In this document: piece by piece, positions 1 to 9,936 of the stretch
Layout: each line of letters begins with the position of its first letter
Position numbering within the stretch: the stretch's first letter is position 1
NCBI GenBank assembly: GCA_002719295.1
Contig: PBHC01000012.1
Span: 133,212 to 197,211 of the forward strand
Reading direction: 5' to 3'
From: Chloroflexota bacterium
GTDB lineage: Bacteria; Chloroflexota; Dehalococcoidia; Lucifugimonadales; Lucifugimonadaceae
Length of the DNA: 64,000 nucleotides
The notes under the pieces: model-generated
The model's input: the letters and a program-made list of their open reading frames with translations, nothing else
What the model was told of the DNA's origin: nothing
Databases searched by the model: none
Translations under genes and position numbers: made by a program

Positions 1-1419
1 TTCCTTCATTTTTTTCCAAGGCTCATTTTTATCAAGAAATTGATTCCCATATTTTGATAATGCCATTAATTTGTTTAGGCTTTCTCTAAATTTTCTTTTA
101 GATATAGATTTTCCAACTTCTAAAATAGATTCATTGCACTTACTAATAATTTCTTTTGAAATTTTTGAATTAGGGTCAAAATGAGGTATTTTTCCATCAT
201 AATTTTTATGAGCCATTGTTAAAATTCTATGAATAAAATTGCCTAGATTTGCGACTAGCTCATTATTATTTGAGCTCAAGTAACCTTCCCATGTGAAATC
301 TGAATCAGATGCCTCAGGCATAATTGAAGTAAGGTAATATCGAAGTGAATCTGCGGAGTATTTTTCTAAAAAATCAGGTAGCCAAACAGCCCAATTTTTA
401 CTTTTTGAAAATTCTTTTCCAGAAAAGTTTAAGTATTCGTTTGCAACCACTTCTGTAGGAAGATTTTTCCCTTCAATGCCAAGTAAAATAGCAGGTAATA
501 TAATCGAGTGAAAAGGAATATTATCTTTCCCTTGAAAGTAATATGATTCTGATTTCTCATTTTCCCAAAATTCTTTCCATTGATCAGGATTATTTGAATC
601 CTTAAAAAGTTCAACAGTTGCTGAAATATATCCTATTACAGCTTCAAACCATACATATATTTTTTTTTCTTCCCATCCATCAACAGGTATGTCTATTCCC
701 CAAGATAAGTCTCTTGTTATTGCTCTGTCTTTTAAACCTTCTTTAATAAATGAAAGGCTTTGATTTTTAACATTTTGTCTCCAGTCATTTTTTGACTTTA
801 ACCAATTCTTTATTTCTTTTTCCATTTCACTTAATTTTAGAAAGAAATGAGAAGTATTCCTAAATTCTGGTACTGATCCGTCTCTTTTAGATCTAATATT
901 GCCTAGATCAGAAGGATCTAATGTTCTTCCGCAAACATCACATTGATCTCCTCTAGCTTTATCATTGTTACCACAAGGACATTCTCCTTCTACTAGACGG
1001 TCACTTAAGAATATATTTTCTGTAACTGAATAAGGCATAAGTTGTTCTCTTATTTCGAGAAAGTTTTTTTCAAGTAGAGTTTGAAAAATTTCTTGAACGA
1101 TTATTCTATGATTTTCTGTATGAGTATGGGTGTAAAGATCATATTGAAAATTCATTTGATCTAGAGATTTTGACCAAATATCATGATATTTTTTAGAAAT
1201 TTCCTCAGGAGTTACTCCTAAATCATTTGCTAGTAAAGTAACAGGAGTCCCGTGCATATCTGAACCTGATACCATTGCTACATTATTTCCTATAAGCCGG
1301 TTATATCTTCCAAATATATCTGCAGGGATACTCATCCCAGCGATATGTCCTAAATGAGGAGGACCATTAACATAAGGCCAAGCAACGCAAACTAGTATAT
1401 TTTTAGGTTTTGTTTCCAT
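1..1419 (-). CDS. metG: methionyl-tRNA synthetase (3' end outside window)
   Basis: Not in ORF track; manual translation from ATG at 1419 gives METKPKNILVCVAWPYVNGPPHLGH (HIGH motif), SGSDMHG, Zn-knuckle Cys and an FSKS KMSKS-like motif. Confidence 0.95.
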   Translation of the reverse strand, partial: METKPKNILVCVAWPYVNGPPHLGHIAGMSIPADIFGRYNRLIGNNVAMVSGSDMHGTPVTLLANDLGVTPEEISKKYHDIWSKSLDQMNFQYDLYTHTHTENHRIIVQEIFQTLLEKNFLEIREQLMPYSVTENIFLSDRLVEGECPCGNNDKARGDQCDVCGRTLDPSDLGNIRSKRDGSVPEFRNTSHFFLKLSEMEKEIKNWLKSKNDWRQNVKNQSLSFIKEGLKDRAITRDLSWGIDIPVDGWEEKKIYVWFEAVIGYISATVELFKDSNNPDQWKEFWENEKSESYYFQGKDNIPFHSIILPAILLGIEGKNLPTEVVANEYLNFSGKEFSKSKNWAVWLPDFLEKYSADSLRYYLTSIMPEASDSDFTWEGYLSSNNNELVANLGNFIHRILTMAHKNYDGKIPHFDPNSKISKEIISKCNESILEVGKSISKRKFRESLNKLMALSKYGNQFLDKNEPWKKMKE

Positions 1420-2239
1420 TTTTTCTTTTTATTTCCAACCATCTTTCATATAGAAAACTTTTATTTGTTCCACTTAAATCTGAAATCAGGTTTAATAAAT
1501 TTTTGCCTTTTATGCCTTTTTCGTAACCTTCCATTAAAATTTTATCGTATTTCTCAATTAAAGATTTAGAATAGATAATTTTTTCGTGATTAAAAATAAT
1601 TACAAATTCTCCTTTTTCATTACTAAACTTATTAATAGCTTCATTTATTTCACCATAAAATATTGTTTCATAAATTTTTGTTAATTCTTTTCCTATAAAA
1701 ATATTTTCTATATCAAATTCATCTTTTAGAAATTTTAAAGTTGCTTTGATTCTTCTTGGTGATTCAAAAATAATCACAGGTAAATTAGTTTCATTGGATT
1801 TTGATAATAAATGTATCTTTTGCGAATTACTTTTTGGCAAAAAACCTAAAAATGTAAACCCTTTGGATTCTATGCCTGAAACAGAAAAAGCAGAAGTCAA
1901 TGAAGATACTCCAGGAATTGTTATTATATTGTGATTGTTTTTTCTTGCTAGAGATACGAATTCTCCCCCTGGATCTGAAATACCTGGCATCCCTGCATCA
2001 GAAATAAATGCAATGTCATTTTGATTTAATAATTCTAAGAAATAGTCGGAATTTAATTTTTTATTTCGTTTGTAGATCGATACCAGTTTACTATCTACAT
2101 CATATTTATTAAGGAGTTTTTTACTAACCCTGGTGTCTTCTGTAAAAATAAAATCCACTTCCTTGAAAATCTTTAAGGCTCTAAATGTTAAATCTTCTAA
2201 GTTGCCAATAGGAGTTCCTACAATATAAAGTTTTGACAA
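1403..2239 (-). CDS. rsmI: 16S rRNA C1402 2'-O-methyltransferase
   Basis: LYIVGTPIGNLEDLT, EDTR, SDAGMPGISDPG, FESPRR, KELTKIYE. Confidence 0.95.
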   Translation of the reverse strand: MSKLYIVGTPIGNLEDLTFRALKIFKEVDFIFTEDTRVSKKLLNKYDVDSKLVSIYKRNKKLNSDYFLELLNQNDIAFISDAGMPGISDPGGEFVSLARKNNHNIITIPGVSSLTSAFSVSGIESKGFTFLGFLPKSNSQKIHLLSKSNETNLPVIIFESPRRIKATLKFLKDEFDIENIFIGKELTKIYETIFYGEINEAINKFSNEKGEFVIIFNHEKIIYSKSLIEKYDKILMEGYEKGIKGKNLLNLISDLSGTNKSFLYERWLEIKRKNGNKT

Positions 2240-2240
2240 G

Positions 2241-3143
2241 TTATTGACTCTTTGATTGATTTATTAGTTTCTCTACTGCAGCATTATGTTGCTCATCAGC
2301 ATGGTAAGAAGATCTTACAAGTGGGCCTGCTGCTACATGGCTAAATCCCATATCCATTCCTATTTTTTGTAGTTCAGTAAATTCTTTAGGGTTATAAAAT
2401 TTAATTATAGGATGATGTTTTTTTGAAGGCCTAAGGTATTGTCCTATTGTTAACAAATCTACATTATTATCTAATAAATCTTGCATTGTTTGTATTATTT
2501 CTTCTTTTGTTTCTCCTAATCCAACCATCATGCCAGATTTAGTAGGCAAATTTGGATTTATACTTTTTGAATTTGATAGAAAATCCATTGAAAGATCATA
2601 GTCTCCTTTTGGCCTAACTTTTTTAAATACCCTTCGAACTGTTTCAATATTGTGATTCATCACATCAGGCTCAGCTTTAATAACAATTTTCAACAAATCT
2701 TTAATTCCATTAAAATCAGGAGTCAGAACTTCAACTTTTATATTTGGTGAGAGTTTTTTTGTTTGAGAAATAGTTTTTGCAAATATTTCTGATCCAGCAT
2801 CATCAAGGTCGTCTCTATCTACGGAAGTTATTACTACATAGTTAAGTTGCATTTGTTTAATTGTCATTGCAACTCTAAATGGTTCAGATTTATCAACAAA
2901 CCCTGGCCAACCAGTTTTTACATTACAATATGAGCAAGCCCTAGTGCAAGTATCTCCAAGTATCATGAAGGTTGCTGTTTTTCTATCCCAGCAATCAGCA
3001 ATATTTGGACAAGCAGCTTCCTCGCATACTGTGTTTAATGATGCATTTGAAAACTTTTCTTTTAGTTCATGAAAATTTTCACCAGTTGGAAACTTTACTT
3101 TAAACCAATCTGGTAATTTTCTTTTTACTTTTACTTTCTGCAT
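2241..3143 (-). CDS. lipA: lipoyl synthase
   Basis: CEEAACPNIADC, CTRACSYC radical-SAM motif, C-terminal RSSYHA. Confidence 0.97.
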   Translation of the reverse strand: MQKVKVKRKLPDWFKVKFPTGENFHELKEKFSNASLNTVCEEAACPNIADCWDRKTATFMILGDTCTRACSYCNVKTGWPGFVDKSEPFRVAMTIKQMQLNYVVITSVDRDDLDDAGSEIFAKTISQTKKLSPNIKVEVLTPDFNGIKDLLKIVIKAEPDVMNHNIETVRRVFKKVRPKGDYDLSMDFLSNSKSINPNLPTKSGMMVGLGETKEEIIQTMQDLLDNNVDLLTIGQYLRPSKKHHPIIKFYNPKEFTELQKIGMDMGFSHVAAGPLVRSSYHADEQHNAAVEKLINQSKSQ

Positions 3144-3204
3144 AATGATGAATCTTTATTCATTTAAATATTATCAGCAATCGAATATTGTTAGAATCTA
3201 ATAT

Positions 3205-4443
3205 ATGGGTAAAAGAAGAAAAAAGAAATTTTATACGGGACCAAATTTAACCGAGGAACATAATTTTTATATTGATCAAAAACTAACTATTCTAATAGAA
3301 AAATATGATTCAAATGGAGTAGGGATGGGATTTTACAAAGAAATCCCTATAGTTGTTTTTAATTCTATTATAGGCGAAGAAATAGAAATAGCTATTGAAA
3401 AAATTTTTCCAGAAAAAATTATAGGAAAAAATTTAAAAGTTAAACAATTTTCAGATAAAAGAACCAAAATTGCTTGTGAATTCTTTGGGAATTGCACAGG
3501 TTGTCAATGGATGCATATAAATTATTCAGATCAACTTATTATGAAGAGAGATATTGTTGTAGACCATTTATCAAAAAATGATTTATTAATTGAAGATATA
3601 GTTGAAAAAACTATTCCTTCAAAAAAAACAATTCATTACAGAAATCACGCTAGGTTTACTGTTAGAAAAAAAGATGAAAATGAGGAGATAGGATTTGTTA
3701 ATTTTCTAAATAGGCAATGGACAAATGTAAATCAATGCAAAATTATGAATAAAACCATAAATAATAGGATGGAATTACTCAGAAATAATTTACAAGGGAA
3801 AACTCAAGTAAGCATCAGAGCTTCAGATGTAACAAATTCTTATCTTATTCAACCAAAATTTGAAAATCTAGAAATAGATACAGGCCAAAAATATTACAAA
3901 GAGAAAATTTTTAATAATATCTATCAAGTTGCCAGCCCTAGTTTTTTTCAAGTAAATATTTCTCAAGTTGAAAAAATATTTAAAAAGTTATTTGATTCTG
4001 ATGTTTTTTATAAAAATCAAATTGTTGTAGATGCTTACTGTGGTGTGGGTACTTTTACATGTTTGGTGTCCCCATACGTAAATAAAGTTTATGGTATTGA
4101 AGAATCTGCATCTGCCGTTATAGATGCCAAAGAGAACTCAAAAAAATATTCAAACATAGAATATTTATTAGGAAAAACAGAAGAAGTCTTATCTGATGTT
4201 AATGAAAATATAGATTTATTATTATTAGATCCACCTCGAATAGGTTGCGATGATAAAGTTATTGAAATTATTAATAAAGTAAAACCTAAGACTATTTTAT
4301 TGATTTCATGCTCTCCGGAAAATTTTGCAATTGATATATCTAAACTTGTAGGAATCTCTTACGAGGTAAAAAAAATAATACCCTTTGATATGTTCCCTCA
4401 AACCCACCATGTAGAGGTAGTAGGAGTTTTGAATTTATTATGA
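3205..4443 (+). CDS. rlmD: 23S rRNA m5U methyltransferase (RlmD/TrmA family)
   Basis: TRAM-like N-terminus, CEFFGNCTGC, SFFQVN, DAYCGVG, DPPR, ISC, DMFPQTHHVE. Confidence 0.88.
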   Translation: MGKRRKKKFYTGPNLTEEHNFYIDQKLTILIEKYDSNGVGMGFYKEIPIVVFNSIIGEEIEIAIEKIFPEKIIGKNLKVKQFSDKRTKIACEFFGNCTGCQWMHINYSDQLIMKRDIVVDHLSKNDLLIEDIVEKTIPSKKTIHYRNHARFTVRKKDENEEIGFVNFLNRQWTNVNQCKIMNKTINNRMELLRNNLQGKTQVSIRASDVTNSYLIQPKFENLEIDTGQKYYKEKIFNNIYQVASPSFFQVNISQVEKIFKKLFDSDVFYKNQIVVDAYCGVGTFTCLVSPYVNKVYGIEESASAVIDAKENSKKYSNIEYLLGKTEEVLSDVNENIDLLLLDPPRIGCDDKVIEIINKVKPKTILLISCSPENFAIDISKLVGISYEVKKIIPFDMFPQTHHVEVVGVLNLL

Positions 4444-5042
4444 GTGATTTTGTTTTTGCAACTAGTTCTCCTAGAAGAATTGAATTGCTAAAAAAAATTA
4501 ATTTGAAATTTAAATTTGTTCCTCATGAGTTTGAAGAAAATAATGAACTAGATATAGGTCCGTATGAATTACTCGTTCTAAATTCTGAAAAAAAATCAAG
4601 AAGTATTTTAAAAAAATATCCAAAAGATACAATTCTTGCATCAGACACAATCGTTTATAAAGATCGTGTCATAGGGAAGCCAAAAAATAAAATGGAAGCA
4701 TTGAAAATCATCAATTTCTTGAATGATAGTTTTCATACTGTAATGACTTCAATTGTAGCGATAAACAATCAGGGAATAATTTTTTCTGGAGTTAAGACAT
4801 CTCTAGTAATAACTAATAATATTTCAACTGATAAAATAAATAAGTATATTGAATCTGAGTATTACGCGGATAAAGCTGGTGGATATGGTATTCAGAATAA
4901 AAATTTTGATTTTGTAAAAAAGTACTATGGTTGTTATGAAAATATTTTAGGTCTTCCCACTTGCCTAATTAAGGAATGTTTATCAATAATAAACATAGAT
5001 AATGATTATAATTTTTCGAATTGTATAGAGAGAAATAGATGA
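4440..5042 (+). CDS. maf: Maf nucleotide pyrophosphatase
   Basis: SSPRR, SDTIV, GKP, DKAGGYGIQ, ILGLP. Confidence 0.92.
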   Translation: MSDFVFATSSPRRIELLKKINLKFKFVPHEFEENNELDIGPYELLVLNSEKKSRSILKKYPKDTILASDTIVYKDRVIGKPKNKMEALKIINFLNDSFHTVMTSIVAINNQGIIFSGVKTSLVITNNISTDKINKYIESEYYADKAGGYGIQNKNFDFVKKYYGCYENILGLPTCLIKECLSIINIDNDYNFSNCIERNR

Positions 5043-5317
5043 ATATATTTGGAATAGGCGGATTTGAATTATTATTAATTCTATTAATAGCATTCTTCAT
5101 AGTGGGACCTTCTAATCTTTTGATTTTTATTAGAAAAACAAAAATTATATATTCAGAATTTAAGCAAAAAAGAGACGAGTTGATTTCAGTAGTAGAACAA
5201 ACTATAGAAATAGATGATGATATTGAAGAGCTTAAAAATATAAAAGAAAGCTTATCGGATGTTTCTGATAAGACTACAAAATCAATAAATAGAATGAAAA
5301 AAGATTTGGAAAAATAA
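5039..5317 (+). CDS. tatB: Tat translocase subunit TatB-like
   Basis: FGIGGFELLLILLIAFFIVGP transmembrane segment then amphipathic helix; directly upstream of tatC. Confidence 0.8.
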   Translation: MNIFGIGGFELLLILLIAFFIVGPSNLLIFIRKTKIIYSEFKQKRDELISVVEQTIEIDDDIEELKNIKESLSDVSDKTTKSINRMKKDLEK

Positions 5318-5320
5318 CTT

Positions 5321-6172
5321 TTGATTGAAGATAAGCCTGTAAATATTTTAGATCATTTCAGAGAGATTAAAAAAAGATTAATAAGATATTTTATTTTTCT
5401 AGGAATTTTTATTGTTACTTCTTTGATCTTTTTTAAACAAATTATAAATATATTTATTGAACCTGCGAATAAAATATTTATCAATTCAGGTGTAGAGGGA
5501 AGTATAGTATTTGGTAGAGTCACAGAAGCTTGGGGCGCTGCTGCTAGAACCTCTATAATTTTGGGTTTTTCTTTGTCTATACCTTTTTTACTTTATGAAA
5601 TAATTATGTTCCTACGACCAGGATTAATGGGGAGAGAGAGATTTTATGTATATTTATTAATTCCTTTCTGTTTTATATTTTTTATATTGGGGGCAGCTTT
5701 CGGTTATTTTTTTGTTATTCCTAGTGCATTGAACTTCCTAATTAATTTTGGAGATGATATAGCTCAACCCATGATTAATATTGGCCCTCTTACTTCTTTG
5801 ATGTTTTCAATGATGTTTTGGATGGGTTTAATTTTTCAAATTCCTTTGATTATGTTTTTATTAGGAAGCCTCGGAATTATAACTAATGATTCATTATCGA
5901 AGTACAGAAGGTGGGTCATTCTTATATCTTTTATATTGGGAGCATTGATTACTCCTACGGTAGACCCTATAACTCAAATTACGGTAGCTTTACCTATAAT
6001 TCTATTATTTGAGGTTGGTTTGGTACTAATAAAGATTACTTCACCAGGGAAAAAGTCAAAAAGATTTTATTTTAGTTTATTTGTAATAATCTCACTAGTT
6101 GTGTTAGCGATTTTAGGTATATTTTTTTTAAAATTAGATTCAAATAATTACTTCAGTAATATTTTAAGCTAA
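5321..6172 (+). CDS. tatC: Tat translocase subunit TatC
   Basis: DHFREIKKRL, FLRPGL..RE, FQIP, ALITPTVDP; multiple TM helices. Confidence 0.95.
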   Translation: MIEDKPVNILDHFREIKKRLIRYFIFLGIFIVTSLIFFKQIINIFIEPANKIFINSGVEGSIVFGRVTEAWGAAARTSIILGFSLSIPFLLYEIIMFLRPGLMGRERFYVYLLIPFCFIFFILGAAFGYFFVIPSALNFLINFGDDIAQPMINIGPLTSLMFSMMFWMGLIFQIPLIMFLLGSLGIITNDSLSKYRRWVILISFILGALITPTVDPITQITVALPIILLFEVGLVLIKITSPGKKSKRFYFSLFVIISLVVLAILGIFFLKLDSNNYFSNILS

Positions 6173-6339
6173 TCTTTGTCTTCTTTTTTTTCAGATTTAC
6201 TGATTGCAGTTTTGAACTCGTTTATTGCTTGCCCTAATCCTTTTCCTACTTGAGGCAACTTTCCTACACCAAATAGAACTAGAATCACAACTACAATTAA
6301 TACTAACTGTAATGGTCCTAAATTTTGAATAAATCCCAT
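6169..6339 (-). CDS. tatA: Tat translocase subunit TatA (56 aa, absent from ORF track)
   Basis: Manual translation MGFIQNLGPLQLVLIVVVILVLFGVGKLPQVGKGLGQAINEFKTAISKSEKKEDKD; LFG..KLP..G.GLG...EFK signature. Confidence 0.93.
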   Translation of the reverse strand: MGFIQNLGPLQLVLIVVVILVLFGVGKLPQVGKGLGQAINEFKTAISKSEKKEDKD

Positions 6340-6413
6340 ACTTTTCCTAATGTTTTTTAGAATTATTTTAATGATAGCAAATTATCAAATAATCTATCAG
6401 GTCTCTTTGTTAC

Positions 6414-7061
6414 CTATTTACCAGGCATATATCTCCACACAGCAACAACTTTGCCCAAAATACTAACATTATTTGATGGAAAAAACATAGGATCCATTAG
6501 AGGGTTTTCAGGTTGTAATCTAGTATTTTCTCCTTCTCTAAAAATCCTTTTAAGCGTTGTTTCATTTTCTGAATCGATTTTAGCCGCCACCATCTCTCCA
6601 TTTTTAGCTTCATTAGTTTTTTCTAATATAATAGTATCTCCATCTCCTATTAATGCGTCAATCATAGAAAACCCGGAAACCTTAAGTGCAAAAATTTTAT
6701 CTTCTATGTATGAAAAATTCTCAGGAAGTTCTATTGTATCTAAATCATCAATATCCCATCTGCTATCTTCAACTAAAGGGAATGGTTGGCCTGCTGTTAT
6801 TGTTCCTAATACAGGGACCTTTATGTTCTGATTTTTTTCAATATTATTTAGGCTAATACTTCTTGAAACTTCTGAGTCTCTATTCATTAGCCCTTTTTCT
6901 TGCAATCGGTCTAAATTATATTTCACTACAGAAGTTGAAGAAATATCACAATTATTTTGGATGTCTCTAATTGAAGGTGGATATCCGTATTCTTCAATGT
7001 AACTTTGAATAAAATTTAGAATATCTATTTGTTTTTGTGTTAGAGGTTTAGAGTTTCTCAT
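6414..7061 (-). CDS. lexA: SOS repressor LexA
   Basis: GYPPSIRDI winged helix, TAG cleavage site, GFSM catalytic Ser, TLKR catalytic Lys. Confidence 0.96.
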   Translation of the reverse strand: MRNSKPLTQKQIDILNFIQSYIEEYGYPPSIRDIQNNCDISSTSVVKYNLDRLQEKGLMNRDSEVSRSISLNNIEKNQNIKVPVLGTITAGQPFPLVEDSRWDIDDLDTIELPENFSYIEDKIFALKVSGFSMIDALIGDGDTIILEKTNEAKNGEMVAAKIDSENETTLKRIFREGENTRLQPENPLMDPMFFPSNNVSILGKVVAVWRYMPGK

Positions 7062-7067
7062 AATTTC

Positions 7068-7096
7068 AACATATGGTACATTAATGTCAACGTCAA
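7068..7096 (-). promoter_or_regulatory. putative sigma70 promoter of lexA, possibly leaderless
   Basis: Minus strand TTGACG (7096-7091), 17 nt, TATGTT (7073-7068); ATG 6 nt after the -10 with no RBS. Confidence 0.45.
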
Positions 7097-7111
7097 ATCT
7101 TATGTCCTCAA

Positions 7112-7513
7112 TTAATGAGGATGATCTTCAAATGTTATTCCTTCAATATTTTGTGGAGGGCTATTTTCATCTTCACTGAAACCGAATCCTATAAAGTGTG
7201 GAGGTGGGTTTTTTACGGTCAATTGAGCCGGTTTAGTTTTACTTATTGATTCCACTCCACCTTTTACAATTACTTCAAGGCCATCTTGAAGGATTATCTT
7301 ATCTGTTTCTACTATACCTCTTGGATTATTTAATTCTTTGGATTCTTTAGTATAAATGCCCCAGTTTATAAGACCTTCATATTCAGCAGGAAGTATTATT
7401 CTCCATTTAGAAATTAATCCAGAGTGAGGACTTATTGAAACTATAATACTTGATTCAGGATCGGAAGGATCCCCGTGATCTATTTCCCAGTTATATAAAG
7501 AACCGTTTTGCAA
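7112..7513 (-). CDS. hypothetical protein
   Basis: 133-aa ORF abutting rpsT stop; no recognised motif. Confidence 0.65.
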   Translation of the reverse strand: MQNGSLYNWEIDHGDPSDPESSIIVSISPHSGLISKWRIILPAEYEGLINWGIYTKESKELNNPRGIVETDKIILQDGLEVIVKGGVESISKTKPAQLTVKNPPPHFIGFGFSEDENSPPQNIEGITFEDHPH

Positions 7514-7768
7514 TTACTTAGATTTATTGACTAATTGTTGAAGTCTAGATTTTTTTCTCGATGCGTTATTTTTGTGGATGACGTTCTTTTTAGCTGCTCT
7601 ATCAAGAACTTTTGATGCTTCTCTAAGCAGTTTTTCAGTCTCTTCAGCAGAATCTTTTGCTGAAACACTATTTCTTAATCTAGTTATTGAAGATTTTATA
7701 GCAGTCTTTATCGACAAATTTACATTATATTTGTTTGATTGACTTCTATTAGATTTTAAGCTTGGCAT
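7514..7768 (-). CDS. rpsT: 30S ribosomal protein S20
   Basis: LDRAAKKNVIHKNNASRKKSRL signature. Confidence 0.95.
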   Translation of the reverse strand: MPSLKSNRSQSNKYNVNLSIKTAIKSSITRLRNSVSAKDSAEETEKLLREASKVLDRAAKKNVIHKNNASRKKSRLQQLVNKSK

Positions 7769-7773
7769 GATTT

Positions 7774-9936
7774 TTACTTTTTCCTTTTAACATTATAGAC
7801 TCCAGCAATACTTTCCATTTTTCCAAGAAGTCTAATAATTTGCCCTAAGTCTCTAGTATAAACTGTTAATTGAATTTTGCATGTACCATTTTTATCGTCT
7901 TCTTGAGAATTTATTGAATGTAAATTTGTTTTTTCTCCCCAGACAACGTCTGTAATGTCTCTTATTAGTCCAATTCTGTCATAAGCATCAATTTGTACTA
8001 TTGTAGGATTAAGGTTTTTCAAATGACCCCATGCAGCGGGTTTAAATCTCTCGGTATTTTCAAATGTTCTTAATCTTGAACAAATTATTCTGTGGATAAT
8101 TATGTCATTTGTAGTATTTTTGTATCCTACTATTTCATCACCATAGACAGGTTCACAGCAGTTTGCTAATTTCTTTTCAGAATCTTTTTCACCCATAATT
8201 ATTACTGATGAAACTGAATCAAAATTTTGTTGATTATTTTCTTTGTTTGTAAGTTCCTCATTGCTTTGCATTTTTCGGACAGTTTCTTCTAATTGCCTCT
8301 CATTAATTAAATCAATAATTTTATGGTTTCCGATTTCTCCAGTTCCTACTTTATATGCAAAGTTTTCATATGAGTCATTTTGAGAAAGATATGGTAAAAA
8401 TTGATCTGGATCATCTATGTTAGAAAGTCTTATTGTTCTTAAAATTTGTCTTTCTCCTCGCTCAATATTTTCTTCTCTCTCTCTCTTTTTGAACCATTCT
8501 CTAACTTTATTTTTTGCATTTGCGGTTTTTATGTATCCTAAACTATCATTCAACCAGTCTAAGTTTGGGCCTTTATCACTTTCTGATTTTTGTATTTGAA
8601 CAGTATCTCCATTATTAAGAGTTGTATTTAATGGTTTTAAAACTCCATTTATAAATGATGCCTGACAAGCATGACCTAGCTCAGTATGTAAACTATAAGC
8701 ATAATCTAATGGCGTTGACCCAATTGGTAAAGTGAAAATTTGGTTTTTTGGTGAATAAACAATTACTTTGTCGGAAAGTATATCGTTACTTACAGAATCT
8801 AAATAATCACTATCTTCAAGAACCTCTTTTTCAAAATCTATCATATCTTTAAGCCAATAAGTATCTTTTTCATTTTCAAGAATTTTTTCTTGCTCAATTG
8901 AATCTTTATATTTCCAATGAGAAGCAACTCCTTCTTCAGCAAATTTATGCATTTTTTCTGATCGGATTTGGAATTCAATTTTTTGATTATTTTCATTCAT
9001 AACAACAGTATGAAGTGACTGATAATAATTTTCTTTAGGAGAAGCTATATAATCATCAAATGAACCTGGAATTGGTCTCCATAAGTCATGAATTTTACCT
9101 AGGGCAACGTAGCATTCTTCTTTTGACTTAACCACAATTCTAATTGCTATTAAATCTTCTATATCAGAGAAATTTCGTCCCATTTGTTTATATCTTTGCA
9201 GTTTGTTATAAACTGAAAATAAACTTTTAGGCCTGCCTGTAACTAATGCATTTAGATTATTTTTTTCTAAAAAAGACTCTATTTCTGAAATCATATTCTT
9301 AGTCGCTGCTTCACGCTCACTTCTTTTTTGGCTGATTAGCCTTTTTGTCATCTTAAACTTATCAGGCATTAAGTGTTTGAAACTCTCGTCTTCTAGTCTC
9401 CACTTAAGATCATTCATGCCTATTTTTTGAGCTAATGGAGCATGAATAGTCAAAGTTTCTTGAGCGATTTTTTTTCTTTTTTCTGGATCTAAATACCTTA
9501 AAGTTTCCACATTATGAAGTCTATCTGCTAATTTTATTATCATTACTCTTACATCTTTAGCTACTGAAACTAAAAATCTTCTCATATTTTTTTGATCAAT
9601 ATTTTCTATAAGGTTATTTTCATCTGCCGTAAGTTTTGTTAGAGATGAAACTATATTTGAAACTTCATTCCCAAAATTATTTTCAATGTCAGTAGAATTG
9701 AATGTAGTATCCTCAATGACATCATGAAGTAAGCCTGCAATAATTACAGTTGGATCTAATTCCAACCGTGCAAGATGAGTTGCTACTTCAACTGGATGAA
9801 TAATAAAATCATGTCCTGATTTCCTTTTTTGTCCTTCATGGGCTTTTTCTGCAAAATCAAAAGCTTGAATTATTTTATCTATTTCATCTTTTGGGAGATA
9901 AGATTCCAGTTTGTTTATAAAATTATCTGTAAGCAT
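7774..9936 (-). CDS. relA: bifunctional (p)ppGpp synthetase/hydrolase (long RSH)
   Basis: HEGQKRKSG, LLHDVIEDT, KLADRLHN, YQSLHT, EFQIR, TGS, CC zinc finger, ACT domain. Confidence 0.95.
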   Translation of the reverse strand: MLTDNFINKLESYLPKDEIDKIIQAFDFAEKAHEGQKRKSGHDFIIHPVEVATHLARLELDPTVIIAGLLHDVIEDTTFNSTDIENNFGNEVSNIVSSLTKLTADENNLIENIDQKNMRRFLVSVAKDVRVMIIKLADRLHNVETLRYLDPEKRKKIAQETLTIHAPLAQKIGMNDLKWRLEDESFKHLMPDKFKMTKRLISQKRSEREAATKNMISEIESFLEKNNLNALVTGRPKSLFSVYNKLQRYKQMGRNFSDIEDLIAIRIVVKSKEECYVALGKIHDLWRPIPGSFDDYIASPKENYYQSLHTVVMNENNQKIEFQIRSEKMHKFAEEGVASHWKYKDSIEQEKILENEKDTYWLKDMIDFEKEVLEDSDYLDSVSNDILSDKVIVYSPKNQIFTLPIGSTPLDYAYSLHTELGHACQASFINGVLKPLNTTLNNGDTVQIQKSESDKGPNLDWLNDSLGYIKTANAKNKVREWFKKREREENIERGERQILRTIRLSNIDDPDQFLPYLSQNDSYENFAYKVGTGEIGNHKIIDLINERQLEETVRKMQSNEELTNKENNQQNFDSVSSVIIMGEKDSEKKLANCCEPVYGDEIVGYKNTTNDIIIHRIICSRLRTFENTERFKPAAWGHLKNLNPTIVQIDAYDRIGLIRDITDVVWGEKTNLHSINSQEDDKNGTCKIQLTVYTRDLGQIIRLLGKMESIAGVYNVKRKK

